Below, in pieces: positions 1 to 12,600 of a stretch of 64,000 nt of DNA. A program made the position numbers and the translations under genes. The stretch's first letter is position 1, and each line of letters starts with the position of its first letter. Source of the stretch: Eledone cirrhosa (Eukaryota); contig CAXHJY010000096.1 in the NCBI GenBank assembly GCA_964016885.1, forward strand, positions 1,984,001 to 2,048,000, in the 5' to 3' direction. The notes under the pieces are model-generated. The model searched no databases and was not told where the DNA came from. It saw only the letters and a program-made list of their open reading frames with translations.

Positions 1-2850
1 TTTCCAGCCGTCCAAGGGGAGATAATTTCCCGCCAGCCAAGGGAAGATAATTTTTAAAAAAATCAGGCGGAGATTGTAAAAAAAATCAGGGGGGAGATAA
101 TTTGTAAAAAAATCAGGGGGAGATAATTTGTAAAAAATAATCAGGGGGAGATAATTTGTAAAAAAATTCAAGGGGAGATAATTTCCAGCCGTCCAAGGGG
201 AGATAATTTCCCGCCAGCCAAGGGAAGATAATATTTAAAAAAATCAGGCGGAGATTGTAAAAAAAATCAGGGGGGAGATAATTTGTAAAAAAATCAGGGG
301 GAGATAATTTGTAAAAAAAATCAGGGGGAGATAATTTGTAAAAAAATCAGGGGGAGATAATTTGTAAAAAAAATCAGGGGGAGATAATTTGTAAAAAAAA
401 TCATGGGGAGATAATTTGTAAAAAGAAATCAGGGGTAGATAATTTGTAAAAAAAAATCAGGGGGAGATAATTTGTAAAAAAAAATCAGGGGGAGATAATT
501 TGTAAAAAAAATCAAGGGGAGATAATATCCAGCCGTCCAAGGAGAGATAATTTCAAAAAAAAATGAGGCGGAGATAATTTGTAAAAAAAAAATCAGGGGG
601 AGTTAATTTGTAAAAAAAAATGAGGGGGAGATAATTTGTAAAAAAAATCAAGGGGAGATAATTTCCAGCCGTCCAAGGGGAGATAATTTTCAGCCGTCCA
701 AGGAGAGGTAATTTCTAGCCGTCCAAGGGGAGATAATTTCCAGCCGTCCAAGGGGAGGTAATTTCCAGCCGTCCAAGGGGAGATAATTTTAAAAAAAAAA
801 TCAGGCGGAGATAATTTGTAAAAAAAATCAAGGGGAGATAATTTGCAGCCGTCCAAGGGGAGATAATTTTCAGTCGTCCAAGGAGAGGTAATTTCTAGCC
901 GTCCAAGGGGAGATAATTTCCAGCCGTCCAAGGGGAGATAATTTCCAGCCGTCCAAGGGGAGATAATTTTTTTAAAAAAATCAGGCGGAGATAATTTGTA
1001 AAAAAAATCAGGGGGAGATAATTTGTAAACAAAATCAGGGGGAGATAATTTGTAAAAAAAAATCAGGGGGAGATAATTTGTAAAAAAAATTAGGCGTAGA
1101 TAATTTGTAAAAAAAAATCAGGGGGAGATAATTTGTAAAAAAAAATCAGGGGGAGATAATTTGTTTAAAAAATCAAGGGGAGATAATTTGCAGCCGTCCA
1201 AGGGGAGATAATTTTCAGCCGTCCAAGGAGAGGTAATTTCTAGCCGTTCAAGGGGAGATAATTTCCAGCCGTCCAAGGGGAGATAATTTCCAGCCGTCCA
1301 AGGGGAGATAATTTTTTTTTAAAAATCAGGCGGAGATAATTTGTAAAAAAAAATCAGGGGGAGATAATTCGTAAAAAAAAATCATGGGGAGATAATTTGT
1401 AAAAAAAAATCAGGGGGAGATAATTTGTAAAAAAAATCAAGGGGAGATAATTTCCAGCCGTCCAAGGGGAGGTAATATCTAGCCGTCCAAGGGGAGATAA
1501 TTTCCAGCCGTCCAAGGGGAGATAATTTCCAGCCGTCCAAGGGGAGATAATTTCCAGCCGTCCAAGGAGACATATTTTCCAGCCGTCCAAGGCGAGGTAA
1601 TTTCTAGCCGTCCAAGGGGAGATAAATTCCAGCCTCCAAGGGGAGATAATTTCCAGCCAGCCAAGGGGAGATAATTTGTAAAAAAATCAGGGGGAGATAA
1701 TTTGTAAAAAATATCAGGGAGATAATTTGTAAAAAAAAATCAGGGGGAGATAATTTGTAAAAAAAATCAGGGGGAGATAATTTGTAAAAAAAAATCAGGG
1801 GGAGATAATTTGTAAAAAAAATCAAGGGGAGATAATTTCCAGCCGTCCAAGGGGAGATAATTTTCAGCCGTCCAAAGAGAGGTAATTTCTAACCGTCCGA
1901 GGAGAGATAATTTCCAGCCGTCCAAGGGGAGATAATTTCCAGCCGTCCAAGGGGAGATAATTTCCAGCCGTCCAAGGAGACATATTTTCCAGCCGTCCAA
2001 GGAGAGGTAATTTCTAGCCGTCCAAGGGGAGATAAATTCCAGCCTCCAAGGGGAGATAATTTCCAGCCAGCCAAATGGAGATAATTTGTAAAAAAATCAG
2101 GTGGAGATAATTTGCAAAAAAAATCAGGGGGAGATAATTTGTAAAAAATAATCAGGGGGAGATAATTTCCAGCCGTCCAAGGGGAGATAATTTAAAAAAA
2201 AATCAGGCGGAGATAATTTGTAAAAAAAAATCAGGGGGAGATAATTTGTAAAAAAAAATCAGGGGGAGATAATTTGTAAAAAAAATCAAGGGGAGATAAT
2301 TTCCAGCCGTCCAAGGGAAGATAATTTCCAGCCCTCCAAGGGGCTATAATTTCCAGTGTCCAAGGGGAGATAATTTCCAGCCAGCGAAGGGGAGATAATT
2401 TTTTTTAAAAAATCATTGGGAGATTTGTAAAAAAAATCAGGGGGAGATAATTTGTAAAAAAAATCAAGGGGAGATAATTTCCAGCCGTCCAAGGGGAGGT
2501 AATATCTAGCCGTCCAAGGGGAGATAATTTCCAGCCGTCCAAGGGGAGATAATTTCCAGCCGTCCCAGGGTAGATAATATCCAGCCGCCCAAGGACATAT
2601 TTTCCAGCCGTCCAAGGAGAGGTAATTTCTAGCCGTCCAAGGGGAGATAAATTCCAGCCTCCAAGGGGAGATAATTTCCAGCCAGCCAAGGGGAGATAAT
2701 TTGTAAAAAAATCAGGGGGAGATAATTTGTAAAAAAAATCAGGGGGAGATAATTTGTAAAAAAAAATCAGGGGGAGATAATTTGTAAAAAAAAATCAGGG
2801 GGAGATAATTTGCAAAAAAAATCAGGGGGAGATAATTTGTAAAAAAAAAT

Positions 2851-3230
2851 CAGGGGTAGATAATTTGTAAAAAAAAATCAGGGGGAGATAATTTGTAAAA
2901 AAAAAATCAGGGGGAGATAATTTGTAAAAAAAATCAAGGGGAGATAATTTCCAGCCGTCCAAGGAGAGATAATTTAAAAAAAAATCAGGCGGAGATAATT
3001 TGTAAAAAAAAATCAGGGGGAGATAATTTGTAAAAAAAATCAGGGGGAGATAATTTGTAAAAAAAAATCAGGGGTAGATAATTTGTAAAAAAAAATCAGG
3101 GGGAGATAATTTGTAAAAAAAAATCAGGGGGAGATAATTTGTAAAAAAAATCAAGGGGAGATAATTTCCAGCCGTCCAAGGAGAGATAATTTTAAAAAAA
3201 ATCAGGCGGAGATAATTTGTAAAAAAAAAT
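2851..3230 (+). repeat. 217-218 bp eight-monomer sub-repeat (about 2 copies), recurring elsewhere in the array
   Basis: The unit starting CAGGGGTAGATA recurs at 2851/3069, 9847/10064 and 16200/16417. Each unit contains a single A monomer followed by CAAGGAGAGATAATTT(T)AAAA and CAGGCGG. Confidence 0.8.
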
Positions 3231-6200
3231 TAGGGGGAGATAATTTGTAAAAAAAAATCAGGGGGAGATAATTTGTAAAAAAAATCAAGGGGAGATAATT
3301 TCCAGCCGTCCAAGGGGAGATAATTTTCAGCCGTCCAAGGGGAGATAATTTCCCGCCAGCCAAGGGAAGATAATATTCAAAAAAATCAGGCGGAGATAAT
3401 TTGTAAAAAAAATCAGGGGGAGATAATTTGTAAAAAAATCAGGGGGAGATAATTTGTAAAAAAAAAAATCAGGGGGAGATAATTTGTAAAAAAAATCAGG
3501 GGGAGATAATTTGTAAAAAAAAATCAGGGGTAGATAATTTGTAAAAAAAAATCAGGGGGAGATAATTTGTAAAAAAAAATCAGGGGGAGATAATTTGTAA
3601 AAAAAATGAAAGGGGAGATAATATCCAGCCGTCCAAGGGGAGATAATTTCCAGCCGTCCAAGGGGAGATAATTTCCAGCCGTCCAAGGGGAGATAATTTC
3701 CATCCTTCCAAGGGGATATAATTTCCAGCCGTCCAAGGGGAGATAATTTCCATCCTTCCAAGGGGATATAATTTCCAGCCGTCCAAGGGGAGATAATTTT
3801 CAGCCGTCCAAGGAGAGGTAATTTCTAGCCGTCCAAGGAGAGATAATTTCCAGCCGTCCAAGGGGAGATAATTTCCAGCCGTCCAAGGGGAGATAATTTC
3901 CAGCCGTCCAAGGAGACATATTTTCCAGCCGTCCAAGGAGAGGTAATTCCTAGCCGTCCAAGGGGAGATAAATTCCCGCCTCCAAGGGGAGATAATTTCC
4001 AGCCAGCCAAGGGGAGATAATTTGTAAAAAAAATCAGGGGGAGATAATTTGTAAAAAAAATCAGGGGGAGATAATTTGTAAAAAAAAATCAGGGGGAGAT
4101 AATTTGTAAAAAATAATCAGGGGGAGATAATTTGTAAAAAAAATCAAGGGGAGATAATTTCCAGCCGTCCAAGGGGAGATAATTTTCAGCCGTCCAAGGG
4201 GAGATAATTTCCCGCCAGCCAAGGGAAGATAATATTTAAAAAAATTAGGCGGAGATAATTTGTAAAAAAAATCAGGGGGAGATAATTTGTAAAAAAATCA
4301 GGGGGAGATAATTTGTAAAAAAAATCAGGGGGAGATAATTTGTAAAAAAAATCAGGGGGAGATAATTTGTAAAAAAAAATCAGGGGGAGATAATTTGTAA
4401 AAAAAATCAAGGGGAGATAATTTCCAGCCGTCCAAGGGAAGATAATTTCCAGCCCTCCAAGGGGCTATAATTTCCAGCGTCCAAGGGGAGATAATTTCCA
4501 GCCAGCGAAGGGGAGATAATTTTTTTTAAAAAATCATTGGGAGATTTGTAAAAAAAATCAGGGGGAGATAATTTGTAAAAAAAATCAAGGGGAGATAATT
4601 TCCAGCCGTCCAAGGGGAGGTAATATCTAGCCGTCCAAGGGGAGATAATTTCCAGCCGTCCAAGGGGAGATAATTTCCAGCCGTCCAAGGGTAGATAATA
4701 TCCAGCCGTCCAAGGACATATTTTCCAGCCGTCCAAGGAGAGGTAATTTCTAGCCGTCCAAGGGGAGATAAATTCCAGCCTCCAAGGTGAGATAATTTCC
4801 AGCCAGCCAAGGGGAGATAATTTGTAAAAAAATCAGGGGGAGATAATTTGTAAAAAAAATCAGGGGGAGATAATTTGTAAAAAAAAATCAGGGGGAGATA
4901 ATTTGTAAAAAAAAATCAGGGGGAGATAATTTGTAAAAAAAAATCAGGGGGAGATAATTTGTAAAAAAATCAAGGGGAGATAATTTCCAGCCGTCCAAGG
5001 GGAGATAATTTTCAGCCGTCCAAGGGGAGATAATTTCCCGCCAGCCAAGGGAAGATAATATTTGAAAAAATCAGGCGGAGATAATTTGTAAAAAAAATCA
5101 GGGGGAGATAATTTGTAAAAAAATCAGGGGGAGATAATTTGTAAAAAAAAAATCAGGGGGAGATAATTTGTAAAAAGAATCAGGGGGAGATAATTTGTAA
5201 AAAAAAATCAGGGGTAGATAAATTGTAAAAAAAAATCAGGGGGAGATAATTTGTAAAAAAAATCAGGGGGAGATAATTTGTAAAAAAAATGAAAGGGGAG
5301 ATAATATCCAGCCGTCCAAGGGGAGATAATTTCCAGCCGTCCAAGGGGAGATAATTTCCAGCCGTCCAAGGGGAGATAATTTCCATCCTTCCAAGGGGAT
5401 ATAATTTCCAGCCGTCCAAGGGGAGATAATTTCCCGCCAGCCAAGGGAAGATAATTTTTAAAAAAATCAGGCGGAGATTGTAAAAAAAATCAGGGGGGAG
5501 ATAATTTGTAAAAAAATCAGGGGGAGATAATTTGTAAAAAAAAATCAGGGGGAGATAATTTGTAAAAAATAATCAGGGGGAGATAATTTGTAAAAAAAAA
5601 TCAAGGGGAGATAATTTCCAGCCGTCCAAGGGGAGATAATTTCCCGCCAGCCAAGGGAAGATAATATTTAAAAAAATTAGGCGGAGATAATTTGTAAAAA
5701 AAATCAGGGGGAGATAATTTGTAAAAAAATCAGGGGGAGATAATTTGTAAAAAAAATCAGGGGGAGATAATTTGTAAAAAAATTCATGGGGAGATAATTT
5801 GTAAAAAAAAATCAGGGGTAGATAATTTGTAAAAAAAAATCAGGGGGAGATAATTTGTAAAAAAAAATCAGGGGGAGATAATTTGTAAAAAAAATCAAGG
5901 GGAGATAATTTCCAGCCGTCCAAGGGGAGATAATTTTCAGCCGTCCAAGGAGAGGTAATTTCTAGCCGTCCAAGGGGAGATAATTTCCAGCCGTCCAAGG
6001 GGAGGTAATTTCCAGCCGTCCAAGGGGAGATAATTTAAAAAAAAAAATCAGGCGGAGATAATTTGTAAAAAAAATCAAGGGGAGATAATTTGCAGCCGTC
6101 CAAGGGGAGATAATTTTCAGTCGTCCAAGGAGAGGTAATTTCTAGCCGTCCAAGGGGAGATAATTGCCAGCCGTCCAAGGGGAGATAATTTCCAGCCGTC

Positions 6201-9200
6201 CAAGGGGAGATAATTTTTTTTAAAAAATCAGGCGGAGATAATTTGTAAAAAAAATCAGGGGGAGATAATTTGTAAACAAAATCAGGGGGAGATAATTTGT
6301 AAAAAAAAATCAGGGGGAGATAATTTGTAAAAAAAATCATGGAGAGATAATTTCCAGCCGTCCAAGGTGAGATAATTTCCAGCCTTCCAAGGAGACATAT
6401 TTTCCAGCCGTCCAAGGCGAGGTAATTTCTAGCCGTCCAAGGGGAGATAAATTCCAGCCTCCAAGGGGAGATAATTTCCAGCTAGCCAAGTGGAGATAAT
6501 TTGTAAAAAAATCAGGGGGAGATAATTTGTAAAAAATATCAGGGAGATAATTTGTAAAAAAAATCAGGGGGAGATAATTTGTAAAAAAAATCAGGGGGAG
6601 ATAATTTGTAAAAAAAAATCAGGGGGAGATAATTTGTAAAAAAAATCAAGGGGAGATAATTTCCAGCCGTCCAAGGGGAGATAATTTTCAGCCGTCCAAG
6701 GGGAGATAATTTCCCGCCAGCCAAGGGAAGAAAATATTTAAAAAAATCAGGCGGAGATAATTTGTAAAAAAAATCAGGGGGAGATAATTTGTAAAAAAAT
6801 CAGGGGGAGATAATTTGTAAAAAAAAAATCAGGGGGAGATAATTTGTAAAAAAAATCAGGGGGAGATAATTTGTAAAAAAAAATCAGGGATAGATAATTT
6901 GTAAACAAAAATCAGGGGGAGATAATTTGTAAAAAAAAATCAGGGGGAGATAATTTGTAAAAAAAATGAAAGGGGAGATAATATCCAGCCGTCCAAGGGG
7001 AGATAATTTCCAGCCGTCCAAGGGGATATAATTTCCAGCCGTCCAAGGGGAGATAATTTCCATCCTTCCAAGGGGATATAATTTCCAGCCGTCCAAGGGG
7101 AGATAATTTCCCGCCAGCCAAGGGAAGATAATTTTTAAAAAAATCAGGCGGAGATTGTAAAAAAAATCAGGGGGGAGATAATTTGTAAAAAAATCAGGGG
7201 GAGATAATTTGTAAAAAATAATCAGGGGGAGATAATTTGTAAAAAAATTCAAGGGGAGATAATTTCCAGCCGTCCAAGGGGAGATAATTTCCCGCCAGCC
7301 AAGGGAAGATAATATTTAAAAAAATTAGGCGGAGATAATTTGTAAAAAAAATCAGGGGGAGATAATTTGTAAAAAAATCAGGGGGAGATAATTTGTAAAA
7401 AAAATCAGGGGGAGATAATTTGTAAAAAAAATCATGGGGAGATAATTTGTAAAAAAAAATCAGGGGTAGATAATTTGTAAAAAAAAATCAGGGGGAGATA
7501 ATTTGTAAAAAAAAATCAGGGGGAGATAATTTGTAAAAAAAATCAAGGGGAGATAATATCCAGCCGTCCAAGGAGAGATAATTTAAAAAAAAAATGAGGC
7601 GGAGATAATTTGTAAAAAAAAAATCAGGGGGAGTTAATTTGTAAAAAAAAATGAGGGGGAGATAATTTGTAAAAAAAATCAAGGGGAGATAATTTCCAGC
7701 CGTCCAAGGGGAGATAATTTTCAGCCGTCCAAGGAGAGGTAATTTCTAGCCGTCCAAGGGGAGATAATTTCCAGCCGTCCAAGGGGAGGTAATTTCCAGC
7801 CGTCCAAGGGGAGATAATTTAAAAAAAAAAATCAGGCGGAGATAATTTGTAAAAAAAATCAAGGGGAGATAATTTGCAGCCGTCCAAGGGGAGATAATTT
7901 TCAGTCGTCCAAGGAGAGGTAATTTCTAGCCGTCCAAGGGGAGATAATTTCCAGCCGTCCAAGGGGAGATAATTTCCAGCCGTCCAAGGGGAGATAATTT
8001 TTTTTAAAAAATCAGGCGGAGATAATTTGTAAAAAAAATCAGGGGGAGATAATTTGTAAACAAAATCAGGGGGAGATAATTTGTAAAAAAAAATCAGGGG
8101 GAGATAATTTGTAAAAAAAATTAGGCGTAGATAATTTGTAAAAAAAAATCAGGGGGAGATAATTTGTAAAAAAAAATCAGGGGGAGATAATTTGTTTAAA
8201 AAATCAAGGGGAGATAATTTGCAGCCGTCCAAGGGGAGATAATTTTCAGCCGTCCAAGGAGAGGTAATTTCTAGCCGTTCAAGGGGAGATAATTTCCAGC
8301 CGTCCAAGGGGAGATAATTTTTTTTAAAAAATCAGGCGGAGATAATTTGTAAAAAAAAATCAGGGGGAGATAATTCGTAAAAAAAAATCAGGGGGAGATA
8401 ATTTGTAAAAAAAAATCAGGGGGAGATAATTTGTAAAAAAAATCAAGGGGAGATAATTTCCAGCCGTCCAAGGGGAGGTAATATCTAGCCGTCCAAGGGG
8501 AGATAATTTCCAGCCGTCCAAGGGGAGATAATTTCCAGCCGTCCAAGGGGAGATAATTTCCAGCCGTCCAAGGAGACATATTTTCCAGCCGTCCAAGGCG
8601 AGGTAATTTCTAGCCGTCCAAGGAGAGATTAATTCCAGCCTCCAAGGGGAGATAATTTCCAGCCAGCCAAGGGGAGATAATTTGTAAAAAAATCAGGGGG
8701 AGATAATTTGTAAAAAATATCAGGGAGATAATTTGTAAAAAAAAATCAGGGGGAGATAATTTGTAAAAAAAATCAGGGGGAGATAATTTGTAAAAAAAAA
8801 TCAGGGGGAGATAATTTGTAAAAAAAATCAAGGGGAGATAATTTCCAGCCGTCCAAGGGGAGATAATTTTCAGCCGTCCAAGGAGAGGTAATTTCTAACC
8901 GTCCGAGGAGAGATAATTTCCAGCCGTCCAAGGGGAGATAATTTCCAGCCGTCCAAGGGGAGATAATTTCCAGCCGTCCAAGGAGACATATTTTCCAGCC
9001 GTCCAAGGAGAGGTAATTTCTAGCCGTCCAAGGGGAGATAAATTCCAGCCTCCAAGGGGAGATAATTTCCAGCCAGCCAAGGGGAGATAATTTGTAAAAA
9101 AATCAGGGGGAGATAATTTGCAAAAAAAATCAGGGGGAGATAATTTGTAAAAAAAATCAGGGGGAGATAATTTGTAAAAAATAATCAGGGGGAGATAATT

Positions 9201-9466
9201 TCCAGCCGTCCAAGGGAAGATAATTTCCAGCCCTCCAAGGGGCTATAATTTCCAGTGTCCAAGGGGAGATAATTTCCAGCCAGCGAAGGGGAGATAATTT
9301 TTTTTAAAAAATCATTGGGAGATTTGTAAAAAAAATCAGGGGGAGATAATTTGTAAAAAAAATCAAGGGGAGATAATTTCCAGCCGTCCAAGGGGAGGTA
9401 ATATCTAGCCGTCCAAGGGTAGATAATTTCCAGCCGTCCAACGGGAGATAATTTCCAGCCGTCCAA

Positions 9467-9640
9467 GGGTAGATAATATCCAGCCGCCCAAGGACATATT
9501 TTCCAGCCGTCCAAGGAGAGGTAATTTCTAGCCGTCCAAGGGGAGATAATTTCCAGCCGTCCAAGGGTAGATAATATCCAGCCGTCCAAGGACATATTTT
9601 CCAGCCGTCCAAGGAGAGGTAATTTCTAGCCGTCCAAGGG
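9467..9640 (+). repeat. 98-bp four-monomer local duplication (25+23+25+25)
   Basis: GGGTAGATAATATCCAGCCG(C/T)CCAAGGACATATTTTCC starts at 9467 and 9565. It is single-copy in the homologous cassettes near 2570, 4690, 11500 and 15920, and doubled again near 23870, 39240, 39985, 45420, 46160, 51595, 52340, 56905 and 57650. Confidence 0.85.
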
Positions 9641-12600
9641 GAGATAAATTCCAGCCTCCAAGGGGAGATAATTTCCAGCCAGCCAAGGGGAGATAATTTG
9701 TAAAAAAATCAGGGGGAGATAATTTGTAAAAAAAATCAGGGGGAGATAATTTGTAAAAAAAAATCAGGGGGAGATAATTTGTAAAAAAAAATCAGGGTGA
9801 GATAATTTGCAAAAAAAATCAGGGGGAGATAATTTGTAAAAAAAATCAGGGGTAGATAATTTGTAAAAAAAAATCAGGGGGAGATAATTTGTAAAAAAAA
9901 ATCAGGGGGAGATAATTTGTAAAAAAAATCAAGGGGAGATAATTTCCAGCCGTCCAAGGAGAGATAATTTTAAAAAAAATCAGGCGGAGATAATTTGTAA
10001 AAAAAAATCAGGGGGAGATAATTTGTAAAAAAAATCAGGGGGAGATAATTTGTAAAAAAAAATCAGGGGTAGATAATTTGTAAAAAAAAATCAGGGGGAG
10101 ATAATTTGTAAAAAAAAATCAGGAGGAGATAATTTGTAAAAAAAATCAAGGGGAGATAATTTCCAGCCGTCCAAGGAGAGATAATTTAAAAAAAAATCAG
10201 GCGGAGATAATTTGTAAAAAAAAATCAGGGGGAGATAATTTGTAAAAAAATCAGGGGGAGATAATTTGTAAAAAAAAAAATCAGGGGGAGATAATTTGTA
10301 AAAAAAATCAGGGGGAGATAATTTGTAAAAAAAATCAGGGGTAGATAATTTGTAAAAAAAAATCAGGGGGAGATAATTTGTAAAAAAAAATCAGGGGGAG
10401 ATAATTTGTAAAAAAAATGAAAGGGGAGATAATATCCAGCCGTCCAAGGGGAGATAATTTCCAGCCGTCCAAGGGGAGATAATTTCCAGCCGTCCAAGGG
10501 GAGATAATTTCCATCCTTCCAAGGGGATATAATTTCCAGCCGTCCAAGGGGAGATAATTTCCATCCTTCCAAGGGGATATAATTTCCAGCCGTCCAAGGG
10601 GAGATAATTTTCAGCCGTCCAAGGAGAGGTAATTTCTAGCCGTCCAAGGAGAGATAATTTCCAGCCGTCCAAGGGGAGATAATTTCCAGCCGTCCAAGGG
10701 GAGATAATTTCCAGCCGTCCAAGGAGACATATTTTCCAGCCGTCCAAGGAGAGGTAATTCCTAGCCGTCCAAGGGGAGATAAATTCCAGCCTCCAAGGGG
10801 AGATAATTTCCAGCCAGCCAAGGGGAGATAATTTGTAAAAAAAATCAGGGGGAGATAATTTGTAAAAAAAATCAGGGGGAGATAATTTGTAAAAAAAAAT
10901 CAGGGGTAGATAATTTGTAAAAAATAATCAGGGGGAGATAATTTGTAAAAAAAATCAAGGGGAGATAATTTCCAGCCGTCCAAGGGGAGATAATTTTCAG
11001 CCGTCCAAGGGGAGATAATTTCCCGCCAGCCAAGGGAAGATAATATTTAAAAAAATTAGGCGGAGATAATTTGTAAAAAAAATCAGGGGGAGATAATTTG
11101 TAAAAAAATCAGGGGGAGATAATTTGTAAAAAAAATCAGGGGGAGATAATTTGTAAAAAAATCAGTGGGAGATAATTTGTAAAAAAAAATCAGGGGGAGA
11201 TAATTTGTAAAAAAAATCAAGGGGAGATAATTTCCAGCCGTCCAAGGGAAGATAATTTCCAGCCCTCCAAGGGGCTATAATTTCCAGCGTCCAAGGGGAG
11301 ATAATTTCCAGCCAGCGAAGGGGAGATAATTTTTTTTTAAAAATCATTGGGAGATTTGTAAAAAAAATCAGGGGGAGATAATTTGTAAAAAAAATCAAGG
11401 GGAGATAATTTCCAGCCGTCCAAGGGGAGGTAATATCTAGCCGTCCAAGGGGAGATAATTTCCAGCCGTCCAAGGGGAGATAATTTCCAGCCGTCCAAGG
11501 GTAGATAATATCCAGCCGTCCAAGGACATATTTTCCAGCCGTCCAAGGAGAGGTAATTTCTAGCCGTCCAAGGGGAGATAAATTCCAGCCTCCAAGGTGA
11601 GATAATTTCCAGCCAGCCAAGGGGAGATAATTTGTAAAAAAATCAGGGGGAGATAATTTGTAAAAAAAATCAGGGGGAGATAATTTGTAAAAAAAAATCA
11701 GGGGGAGATAATTTGTAAAAAAAAATCAGGGGGAGATAATTTGTAAAAAAATCAAGGGGAGATAATTTCCAGCCGTCCAAGGGGAGATAATTTCCCGCCA
11801 GCCAAGGGAAGATAATATTTGAAAAAATCAGGCGGAGATAATTTGTAAAAAAAATCAGGGGGAGATAATTTGTAAAAAAATCAGGGGGAGATAATTTGTA
11901 AAAAAAAAATCAGGGGGAGATAATTTGTAAAAAGAATCAGGGGGAGATAATTTGTAAAAAAAAATCAGGGGTAGATAAATTGTAAAAAAAAATCAGGGGG
12001 AGATAATTTGTAAAAAAAATCAGGGGGAGATAATTTGTAAAAAAAATGAAAGGGGAGATAATATCCAGCCGTCCAAGGGGAGATAATTTCCAGCCGTCCA
12101 AGGGGAGATAATTTCCAGCCGTCCAAGGGGAGATAATTTCCATCCTTCCAAGGGGATATAATTTCCAGCCGTCCAAGGGGAGATAATTTCCCGCCAGCCA
12201 AGGGAAGATAATTTTTAAAATAATCAGGCGGAGATTGTAAAAAAAATCAGGGGGGAGATAATTTGTAAAAAAATCAGGGGGAGATAATTTGTAAAAAAAA
12301 ATCAGGGGGAGATAATTTGTAAAAAATAATCAGGGGGAGATAATTTGTAAAAAAAAATCAAGGGGAGATAATTTCCAGCCGTCCAAGGGGAGATAATTTC
12401 CCGCCAGCCAAGGGAAGATAATATTTAAAAAAATTAGGCGGAGATAATTTGTAAAAAAAATCAGGGGGAGATAATTTGTAAAAAAATCAGGGGGAGATAA
12501 TTTGTAAAAAAAATCAGGGGGAGATAATTTGTAAAAAAATTCATGGGGAGATAATTTGTAAAAAAAAATCAGGGGTAGATAATTTGTAAAAAAAAATCAG

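Noticed and set aside
960-990. TnAm hairpins or T-tracts as intrinsic terminators
   Set aside because: The stems are AT-only, there is no GC-rich hairpin before the T-run and no upstream gene. They are treated as mutation-prone tracts instead.
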